39,502 nucleotides of DNA from Flavobacteriaceae bacterium (GTDB lineage Bacteria; Patescibacteriota; Minisyncoccia; Phycocordibacterales; UBA1006): the NCBI GenBank assembly GCA_047614005.1, contig JBLHIK010000003.1:1-39502 (forward strand), in the 5' to 3' direction. A program made the translations under genes and the position numbers. Numbering within the stretch: the stretch's first letter is position 1; every line of letters begins with the position of its first letter. Below are positions 22,270-29,648 of this stretch, piece by piece. The notes below the pieces were generated by a model. That model was not told where the DNA came from, ran no database searches, and saw only the letters and a list, made by a program, of their open reading frames with translations.

Positions 22270-22421
22270 TGCGTGAGAGAGGACTTGGTCACCGCTACGG
22301 ATTCAGAGTTCGTCCTGAGGACTCCTCTTCATCTCGCAGCCTCGACCCCGCTGCTTCGCCTGTAATTTCGCAAAAAGCTCATTACAGTGAGCGAAACTTT
22401 TTTCAAGCCCTCTCTTACGTA
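22270..22421 (-). repeat. tRNA-Leu(TAG)-associated structured element
   Basis: Bounded by tgcgtgagagaggacttg and ttcaagccctctcttacgta, inverted copies of the tRNA-Leu 3' end. Core has ctcgaccccg...ctgtaatttcg..ctcattacagt. Confidence 0.8.
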
Positions 22422-22469
22422 AAAAACATACAATCTAAACACTGTCGTATTTAAATTGTTGTTTTTATG

Positions 22470-22551
22470 TGCGTGAGAGAGGACTTGAACCTCCACACCT
22501 TGCGGCACCAGCTCCTAAGGCTGGCGTGTCTACCAATTTCACCACTCACGC
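22470..22551 (-). tRNA. tRNA-Leu (TAG)
   Basis: GCGTGAGTGGTGAAATTGGTAGACACGCCAGCCTTAGGAGCTGGTGCCGCAAGGTGTGGAGGTTCAAGTCCTCTCTCACGCA. Confidence 0.95.
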
Positions 22552-22612
22552 ATATGTCTCAAAGACATTAGAGAGTATAGTATATTTGAGATATTTTACA
22601 AGACAAAAAATT

Positions 22613-22894
22613 TTATTTAATAAAGAGTTTACAAATAGCAGTGTCGCTACCATCTTTTTCTGCCATAGACATGTTTACCTCTTCTTTCATATCATTATTT
22701 TCAAGATATTCTTGTATTTCACCTTTCATTTTCAAAGCTTTTTGTATATCTTCAACTACCATACCACCCTCTGTTCCTTTAGTCATTTTTAGTATTTTTT
22801 CCACAAAAGCAGGCATGTCTTGCGCACTAATCTCAGGTACCACTTGTTCTTGCTTCAGATTCATTTCCATATTCATTCCCATTTTCATATTCAT
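22613..22894 (-). CDS. Hypothetical Met-rich protein (93 aa)
   Basis: ORF co-oriented with and closely following the MYG1-like gene. Confidence 0.6.
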   Translation of the reverse strand: MNMKMGMNMEMNLKQEQVVPEISAQDMPAFVEKILKMTKGTEGGMVVEDIQKALKMKGEIQEYLENNDMKEEVNMSMAEKDGSDTAICKLFIK

Positions 22895-22907
22895 AGTATC
22901 TTTTATA

Positions 22908-23801
22908 TTAAATTTCTAATGCTTTTTGAGCGAGCTCGAGAGCTCCCTCTTTGCTCTTTGCAACTATCAAGAATCTTCCATTGTGACAAAAGTATGCGTC
23001 AGACACTCCAGTCATCTCAGCCAACTCTTCGTCGCGCACCCCTGCCCAACTTTCAGGAAAATCACGACGAGCCTCAAAGCTATCCATGCTTTTTCGCACC
23101 ACTTCTGCCTTCCAGTGCCCCATAGACTTTGGATAGACGAAATACACTGGCTCTGGATATTCGGAAAGTACAGGGAGTATTGCATCCCGAGTAAAACCCT
23201 CTTCTAGTAGAATGATTCTTTTATCTTCTGCTTCTTCATATGCTTTTTCTATTTTCGTGCGAGCTTCAGCTCTATCAGTAGCTGTTATTATTTCTCGAGA
23301 CAAGATACCTTCTGCAAGCTCTACAAGAGCGAGAAAGTTATCGTCTTCTCCCTGTATGTCTTCTTTCCATGTAGGTCTATATGCGCCCACTATAGATTGG
23401 AAACTATATGGATAGATACCGTCTACGAGAGTTTTAGATATATCATATCCATTATCCACTGCATCTATAGGCTGGCATATCTTCTCGTCTATATATTGAA
23501 TGAGAGTACCTTCTACGAGCTCGGGTCCGTATTTTTTCCATACGAGACCGCACGATGCATAAGGGATTCCATTTTCACGCTCACCTGCACCACCTTTTTG
23601 ATGATGGTCAAAACGATCGAGAGATGCGTCATATATACCACCAACATCAAAGACGACGTCTGCCTCTTCTATCAGCTTTGGATCACGTGTTCTTGTGACC
23701 TGCCACTCTATGTTTTCTTTTTTATAAACGAGAGAAAGTATTGCACATGCAAAAACATCATCAGAGTGAAAGTTACCATTATGTGTTACAAGCTTTTTCA
23801 T
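22908..23801 (-). CDS. MYG1 (UPF0160) family DHH-like exonuclease
   Basis: THNGNFHSDDVFA, RTRDP, DVGG.YD...FDHHQ, IDAVDNG and FCHNGRF motifs. Confidence 0.93.
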   Translation of the reverse strand: MKKLVTHNGNFHSDDVFACAILSLVYKKENIEWQVTRTRDPKLIEEADVVFDVGGIYDASLDRFDHHQKGGAGERENGIPYASCGLVWKKYGPELVEGTLIQYIDEKICQPIDAVDNGYDISKTLVDGIYPYSFQSIVGAYRPTWKEDIQGEDDNFLALVELAEGILSREIITATDRAEARTKIEKAYEEAEDKRIILLEEGFTRDAILPVLSEYPEPVYFVYPKSMGHWKAEVVRKSMDSFEARRDFPESWAGVRDEELAEMTGVSDAYFCHNGRFLIVAKSKEGALELAQKALEI

Positions 23802-23802
23802 A

Positions 23803-24177
23803 TTAAAATACTTTCATACCAAGCCATCCAACAATAGACATAATGATAGCTCCCCATAGAGCATCGAAAAATCCTAAGATAGAAACTCCGTCTACAAGTG
23901 GAGAAATAAACCAAAACAAAAGAACATTAATAATCACAGCAAAAATACCAAAAGTAATAATAGAAAAAGGAAGAGCTATAATATGAATGATTGGTTTTAC
24001 AATAAGAGTAATCATAGTAAAAACCAAACCAGCAACAAGAGCTGTTATGAGTGGATGTCCTAGCGCACCTGAAGTGATGTTAATGCCATCTATGAGATAT
24101 GCACATGCCGCTATACCTAAAGTAAAAACGATCGTATATCTAAAAAATCTATTAAGTGAAAATGTTTTACTTGCCAT
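23803..24177 (-). CDS. YvlD/DUF360 (phage holin superfamily IV) membrane protein
   Basis: Four TM segments with IVKPI..IIALP..IITFG.F..IIN. Confidence 0.85.
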   Translation of the reverse strand: MASKTFSLNRFFRYTIVFTLGIAACAYLIDGINITSGALGHPLITALVAGLVFTMITLIVKPIIHIIALPFSIITFGIFAVIINVLLFWFISPLVDGVSILGFFDALWGAIIMSIVGWLGMKVF

Positions 24178-24187
24178 ACATATCGTT

Positions 24188-24640
24188 CTATTCGTATAAT
24201 TTTTCTATTTCTTTTTTGACGATAGTCCCGTCGACCTTGCCTTTAAGGTCTTTCATAACAGTACCTATTACCATTCCTATTTTTGTTTTATCTGAGAGAT
24301 CGAGGTCTGCCTTCTTGCTTTCGAGAAATGCTCGTACTTCTTCTTCTGTCATCTGAGCTGGAAGATATTCTTCGAGTATTGCGAGTTCTACTTTTTCTTC
24401 AGCAGAGAGATCTTCTCGTCCTGCATCTTCATATTGAGAAATACTGTCTTTTCTTTGCTTTACGAGACGTGCTATCACTGTCATCACTTCACTATCTTCG
24501 AGAATATCTTGTGGAGTTCGCTTTGTTGCTACGAGCTCATTGACGCATGAAGTCATAAGTCCGCGAAGTGTCTGTACGCGTACTTTATCCTTATTTTTCA
24601 TCGCTGATATCATTTGTTCTTTTATTTGTTTTTGCATCAT
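24188..24640 (-). CDS. GatB/YqeY domain protein
   Basis: AMKNKDK.R...LR, KQRKDSI.QY..AGREDL and E..ILEEYLP.QM motifs. Start set at ATG 24640. Confidence 0.92.
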   Translation of the reverse strand: MMQKQIKEQMISAMKNKDKVRVQTLRGLMTSCVNELVATKRTPQDILEDSEVMTVIARLVKQRKDSISQYEDAGREDLSAEEKVELAILEEYLPAQMTEEEVRAFLESKKADLDLSDKTKIGMVIGTVMKDLKGKVDGTIVKKEIEKLYE

Positions 24641-24666
24641 ATGTTTATATGATACCATACAAGTAT

Positions 24667-25407
24667 ATGAACCCACAGACAAAATATAATTTAATGTTTC
24701 TCGACACAGAAACAACAGGAAACACAAAGGACGACTATCTCTGCCAAGTAGCATATCTTGTAGGAGACGAGCGATACAATGAACTCTTTACTCCGATCGT
24801 ACCCATTCCTCCAGAAGCATCTGCTGTACATCACATACGACCAAAACATATTGAAGGAAAACCAGCATATAAAGGAAGTGATTTTTCACAGACACTAGAA
24901 AAAAAACTAGAGGATGAAAATACTGTGTTTATTGCACACAATGCTATTTTTGACATAGATATGCTCGCAAAAGAAGATACAAAAGTAAATACCTACATAG
25001 ACACTCTCAAAGTAGCACAACATCTCGATACAGAAGACAAGCTAAACAGATACAATCTCCAGTATCTTCGATATGCGCTCAATCTCGACGACGAGGCAGA
25101 AGGAGAAACTATTCAAGCTCACGATGCACTCGGAGATATTATCATCTTGCGAGCACTCTTTAATAGACTTTTTGAAAAGGCTCGCAAAGATTTTAAGGAC
25201 GATGATGAGACTATAGAATATCTCATCAAACTCACCCACACTCCTGTTCTCATTTCAAAAATCAACTTCGGAAAACATGCCGGAAAAACTATCAAGGAAA
25301 TAGCAGCGATAGACAAAGGATATCTCAGCTGGCTCTACGGACAAAAGAAAGAGAGCGAGCAAGACGAGACAGACTGGCTCTATACTCTTGAGCAATACTT
25401 AAATTAG
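24667..25407 (+). CDS. DEDDh 3'-5' exonuclease (ExoX-like)
   Basis: FLDTETTG, AHNAIFD, IDTL and AHDALGD motifs, plus C-terminal FGKH.GK...YL.W. Start set at ATG 24667. Confidence 0.9.
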   Translation: MNPQTKYNLMFLDTETTGNTKDDYLCQVAYLVGDERYNELFTPIVPIPPEASAVHHIRPKHIEGKPAYKGSDFSQTLEKKLEDENTVFIAHNAIFDIDMLAKEDTKVNTYIDTLKVAQHLDTEDKLNRYNLQYLRYALNLDDEAEGETIQAHDALGDIIILRALFNRLFEKARKDFKDDDETIEYLIKLTHTPVLISKINFGKHAGKTIKEIAAIDKGYLSWLYGQKKESEQDETDWLYTLEQYLN

Positions 25408-25466
25408 GTATTTTAAAAGGCTTTTTCGCAAGAAAAAGCCTTTTTGTTTTAATTAAACTAAGAAAT

Positions 25467-25946
25467 TTACTCTCGAACAACGAGAAGCGATATTGTGTCT
25501 ATAGAATGGGGATTCCATCTATACCAGAGTTTTAATTTTTCTCTCAGAGACTCGATGGAATTATATCCATAACAGCTCACAATATCGTATTCGCCTACTC
25601 CGTCGAAAGCAGGCATTACTGATTTCATATCCACAAAGTGTTTATGTTTTCCATCGTTATCATTAAGAAAAATAATGGCAGTACTGTCTTCAAATACACA
25701 AAGTATTGTAATATCTGAATCAATCTCAGCTTTAGAGAAATTTTCAAAAGAGATTACTCGCCCTTGGTTTTCCTCTAGTGTCAAATAAGCATTGACACTG
25801 TCTACTTTATATATATACCACATCCAGATAAGTAAAGAAGCAAAAGCTATTATTTTATGTTCTTTAAAAAGATATTTAGCTATGATATATAAAAATATAC
25901 CAGAGAGCATAGAAATAAAGAGCATGTTTAAAAAAGTATTTTCCAT
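25467..25946 (-). CDS. Hypothetical membrane protein
   Basis: Two N-terminal TM segments. Own TTGACA..TATAGT promoter (~25987..26014) and a shared terminator at 25416..25445. Confidence 0.65.
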   Translation of the reverse strand: MENTFLNMLFISMLSGIFLYIIAKYLFKEHKIIAFASLLIWMWYIYKVDSVNAYLTLEENQGRVISFENFSKAEIDSDITILCVFEDSTAIIFLNDNDGKHKHFVDMKSVMPAFDGVGEYDIVSCYGYNSIESLREKLKLWYRWNPHSIDTISLLVVRE

Positions 25947-26058
25947 CGTGTAAAATTTTTAGTGAGCAATATTAAATTCCCTCTTACTATAGACCTGCGT
26001 ACAAGTTTGTCAATAAATCTTTTTTTATCTCACTGCTCATGTGATATGATACAAGCAT

Positions 26059-27105
26059 ATGATATTTTCAATTAGTTTAGGTATTGCTCTTGTGGTACTC
26101 GCTGTTCTCTTTTATTTAGAAAAAAAGAAAAACACCACAACTGCACAAAACCTCAGTACACAAGAGAGTTCACTTCTTCTACAGCAGATGAATGAATTAC
26201 AGAGAAGTATCGATGAAAAACTCGGCAACTCTGAAAAGCAAATGCAAGAATCTCTCAAATTTCAATCAACGCGATCACACGACCTCATCAGAGAAATCAC
26301 TCGAGAGCTCACAGAGGTAAAAAAGACAGGAGAGCAAATGCTCCAGTTCGGAGAACAGCTCCAAAACCTTCAAGACATTCTCAAAAACCCAAAACAAAGA
26401 GGTATTCTCGGAGAGTACTATCTCGAAACTACTCTGAAAAACGTCCTTCCTCCAAAAAGCTATCAAATGCAGTATGCTTTTGCAAACAAGGAAATAGTAG
26501 ATGCAGTCGTCTTTGTAAAAGACAAGATCATACCTATCGACAGCAAATTCTCTCTCGAAAACTACAACAGACTCTTGAGCGAAAAGAGCAAAACAGAACG
26601 TGCTCTTCTCGAGAAGTCCTTCAAGCAAGATATTAAAAACAGGATAGACGAAACGAGTAAATACATTCGACCAGAAGAAAACACGATGGATTTTGCCTTT
26701 ATGTTCATACCTCACGAAGCTATCTACTATGATCTCCTCGTAGCAGAGATTGGAGGTATCAAGGTCAACACACAAGACCTCATACAATATGCGTTCTCAA
26801 AGAACGTTCTCATTGTATCCCCTACTTCTTTCCTCGCTTTTCTCCAGACAGTCATGCAAGGTCTCCGTGCACTACAAATAGAAGAAAGTGCGAAAGAGAT
26901 ACGAAAGAGAGTTGGTGAGCTCGGGCGACACATCAGCGCATATGAAAGTTTCCATAGTAAAGTAGGAAATACCCTCTCGACAACAGTCAATCACTACAAC
27001 TCGGCGAGCAAAGAGCTCAAGAAAATAGACAAGGACGTCACGCGTATCGACGGAGAATCCATCGGTCTCGATATAGAAACAATATCCAAACCTGAATTAG
27101 AATAA
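26059..27105 (+). CDS. rmuC: DNA recombination protein RmuC
   Basis: N-terminal TM and coiled coil, with NPKQRG.LGE..LE, PIDSKF, YI.P...T.DFA.MF.P.E and VSPT motifs. Confidence 0.93.
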   Translation: MIFSISLGIALVVLAVLFYLEKKKNTTTAQNLSTQESSLLLQQMNELQRSIDEKLGNSEKQMQESLKFQSTRSHDLIREITRELTEVKKTGEQMLQFGEQLQNLQDILKNPKQRGILGEYYLETTLKNVLPPKSYQMQYAFANKEIVDAVVFVKDKIIPIDSKFSLENYNRLLSEKSKTERALLEKSFKQDIKNRIDETSKYIRPEENTMDFAFMFIPHEAIYYDLLVAEIGGIKVNTQDLIQYAFSKNVLIVSPTSFLAFLQTVMQGLRALQIEESAKEIRKRVGELGRHISAYESFHSKVGNTLSTTVNHYNSASKELKKIDKDVTRIDGESIGLDIETISKPELE

Positions 27106-27192
27106 AAATAGAAATTTTTAAAAGCATTGACAAATTTTTAATTGTATGCTATTATTAATATTGAATACGAACCATTTTAAAGACCCAAAATA

Positions 27193-27366
27193 ATGAAAGA
27201 TTTTATTATATTGTGGCGTTCATTTGCAATATGTTACGCTATTGGATATGTGCTTTTTATAAAACCAATAATTCCTGTTTCTATAATTACATATGTTAAT
27301 ATTATTTTCTATTTAAGTTTAATTGTTTTTTCTTACTTGAATTACAGAACACTTAAGAAAACATAA
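27193..27366 (+). CDS. Small hydrophobic protein (57 aa; absent from the ORF track)
   Basis: MKDFIILWRSFAICYAIGYVLFIKPIIPVSIITYVNIIFYLSLIVFSYLNYRTLKKT*. Preceded by TTGACA-17-TATTAT (27127..27155) and followed by a terminator (~27388..27427). Confidence 0.6.
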   Translation: MKDFIILWRSFAICYAIGYVLFIKPIIPVSIITYVNIIFYLSLIVFSYLNYRTLKKT

Positions 27367-27440
27367 AAACTTTGAATATTTACCCAGAAGTCCAGTTTTG
27401 TTATTATTACAAAATTGGACTTTTTTTATATTTATTTTTT

Positions 27441-27578
27441 AATATATTATAGACTTGCACATATCCTTTTCATCGTGTATATTTGTTGAACATCTGCTTT
27501 CGGCTTGCCTTAAGTAGATGTACTGAAAAATGACTGCTTCGGCAGGCATTTTTCATTTTCGATAAAGACCAAAGCAAA
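27441..27578 (+). ncRNA. Promoter plus candidate ~70-130-nt small RNA, copy 1 of a 138-bp direct repeat
   Basis: TTGCAC-17bp-TATATT, then two hairpins (acatctgctt..aagtagatgt and tgaaaaatgactgc-ttcg-gcaggcatttttca). Near-identical copy at 28235..28372. Confidence 0.55.
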
Positions 27579-27642
27579 TAATCTTAATTAAAAAAGGCGC
27601 TCCTCACGGAGCGCCTTTTTTAATACGTATATTAGTTTACTA

Positions 27643-28128
27643 TTAAACCTCTACAGTAACACTTCCAGAAATAGTCATCTCACCATGTACAATCTCCTTA
27701 TGGTCATTCGTAGAGAGACGAACCTCTATCTTATGCTCTCCTTTTTCTAGACCTGTTAAATGGTACCATTCACCATAAATACGAGAGATTTTAACACCAT
27801 CTACATATATATGAGCATGACCTTCCCCTTCTTTATGTACACCTCCTGCATTTTCAGGTGCAAATATAAAGTTTTCTGTTGAGATGTTTATATTAAATCC
27901 ATTCACAGAATCTGAAGTAGCAATAATGTCTACTGATGGCTTACTATCGAGCATTGAAACATCAAAAACACCATGAACATGACTGTATCCATCGCTCATA
28001 TGAGCACCATCTGACATATGAACATTGTCATGCATGTCTTCTGGTGTATAACTATAAGGACTTACAATAAGAGCTCCTACAATACCTCCAAGAACAAAGA
28101 CACCTACTGCTAAAATATTTTTTTTCAT
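27643..28128 (-). CDS. Secreted or membrane-anchored His-rich putative metal-binding protein
   Basis: Signal/TM segment, HDNVHMSDGAHMSDGYSHVH linker, and EGHAHIYVDG...G.H.IEV.L.TNDH. Confidence 0.75.
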   Translation of the reverse strand: MKKNILAVGVFVLGGIVGALIVSPYSYTPEDMHDNVHMSDGAHMSDGYSHVHGVFDVSMLDSKPSVDIIATSDSVNGFNINISTENFIFAPENAGGVHKEGEGHAHIYVDGVKISRIYGEWYHLTGLEKGEHKIEVRLSTNDHKEIVHGEMTISGSVTVEV

Positions 28129-28234
28129 ATTAATTAAAATAATCTATTATAATGTTATATATTATAACATTATAAATAATATAAAAGTATAGGTATATCT
28201 TCTTTAATTTCTTCTATTTTGTAAAATATGGCAT

Positions 28235-28372
28235 AATATATTATAGACTTGCACATATCCCTTTCATCGTGTATATTTATTTTACATCTGCTTTCGGCTT
28301 GCCTTAAGTAGATGTACTGAAAAATGACTGCTTCGGCAGGCATTTTTCATTTTCGATAAAGACCAAAGCAAA
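28235..28372 (+). ncRNA. Promoter plus candidate small RNA, copy 2
   Basis: Repeat of 27441..27578 at offset 794, followed by a related terminator hairpin (28380..28410). Confidence 0.55.
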
Positions 28373-28453
28373 CAACCCTAAAAAGAGCGCTTCTCACGAA
28401 GCGCTCTTTTTGTATCCTTTCCCCCGTTCCCTCTAAAAATAAAATGTTTATAT

Positions 28454-28547
28454 TGGTGAGCCTTCTCGAGCTCGAACCAAATAAATTCGTTACAGGGTAA
28501 GGCTATTTTGAAGTACTTATGTATTATCATAACGACCCCTCTCGAGC
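28454..28547 (-). repeat. att-like site resembling a tRNA 3' end (copy 1)
   Basis: Minus strand GGTTCGAGCTCGAGAAGGCTCACCA plus a second gaccc(c/t)tctcgagc motif. Repeated at 29408..29505. Confidence 0.65.
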
Positions 28548-28581
28548 TGAGCAATAAGTGACAAAAGTGACCCATTTTCTT

Positions 28582-29340
28582 CTACTCATAGTTCCAAGTA
28601 GCAAGATTGAGACGAGTGAAGTCATAAAGCTTTTTCGATTCCAGATCATAGAAAGAGTTTTGATAAGGATTTTCTGACCAATCTAGATTAAAAGGGTTTA
28701 GTTGAAAAAGATACACCGTGGACTTAAGTGGTACTCCAGGATAACAAAACAGTATCCACTTCTGTCTATTTTCGATAAAGTCGTTCGGAAGTTGCACCTT
28801 GTTCTTAAGAAGTAAGTAGAACATAAGGATCTCTTCTAGGAAGAAGTTGACTTGATTTTCTCCTATATCTCGAGCAAACCTCTCACAGTCTTCTTGAATA
28901 TACCCCTGGAATGATTCGTCGTTATCGTATATCTTTTTTATTTCATCGAACTTAAGATTGAAATCTGAACTCCCGAGATACAACTGATTCCACACCATAT
29001 AATTGACTGCTTTTTGGATCTGGAACTCAATAGGGTTTTTCTGAAGAATTTTCTGGATACCATTCTTATGGTTAATCACAGAGTGCATAAATGAGCGCTT
29101 AAGTTCTGGAGCTGGCTTATCTGAATAAAGATACAAGAAGTCAGAATAGATAAAGTTAGCACCAATTGTAGGAGTTGAAACTTTTGATAGATTAAAAGTT
29201 CTCAGATGTTCAATACAATCTTTCACAGATTGTCCACCATGATCAAGCTTGTTCATCGATAATCCAAAAAGTAGGAGCCCCTCTTGTGCGGGGAGTTTAT
29301 TAATATCGAAGAAGGTATTTTCGGGGAGATGTGTATTCAT
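28582..29340 (-). CDS. Putative tRNA-dependent cyclodipeptide synthase (CDPS)-like protein
   Basis: ~250 aa with LLLFGLSMN near the N-terminus, then W, FFLEE and CYPG in the order of the CDPS catalytic Ser/Glu/Tyr motifs. Pattern recognition only. Confidence 0.5.
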   Translation of the reverse strand: MNTHLPENTFFDINKLPAQEGLLLFGLSMNKLDHGGQSVKDCIEHLRTFNLSKVSTPTIGANFIYSDFLYLYSDKPAPELKRSFMHSVINHKNGIQKILQKNPIEFQIQKAVNYMVWNQLYLGSSDFNLKFDEIKKIYDNDESFQGYIQEDCERFARDIGENQVNFFLEEILMFYLLLKNKVQLPNDFIENRQKWILFCYPGVPLKSTVYLFQLNPFNLDWSENPYQNSFYDLESKKLYDFTRLNLATWNYE

Positions 29341-29407
29341 TTGCACATAATTCTACCATACATCCTGAACACACCAACTTGTATACAAAATTTGTGAACA
29401 TTAGAAC

Positions 29408-29505
29408 TGGTGAGCCTTCTCGAGTTCGAACCAAGCAAAGTCATTGTGGTGTAAAGTTTTTTTTAGTTATTATATAGAAATTCAAAATGACCCTTCTCGA
29501 GCGCT
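29408..29505 (-). repeat. att-like site resembling a tRNA 3' end (copy 2)
   Basis: tggtgagccttctcgagttcgaaccaa matches 28454..28480 at 26/27. The cttctcgagcgct 13-mer is shared with 33665..33677. Confidence 0.65.
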
Positions 29506-29648
29506 GTTGGGTTTTCACTATAGGCGCCAATTGCTGTAATAGGGTTTTGCTCCTCTAGAAAAAACTTCTCCCGGACCACTTCAAAAGCCACCGCTGTGTC
29601 CTGTTGATTCATTTCGTGGAAAACCTTTATTTTCTCTTTCCATGTTTT

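Noticed and set aside
23803-24177. Holin-family gene as evidence of a prophage
   Set aside because: YvlD/DUF360 proteins are common chromosomal genes, and no phage genes are nearby.
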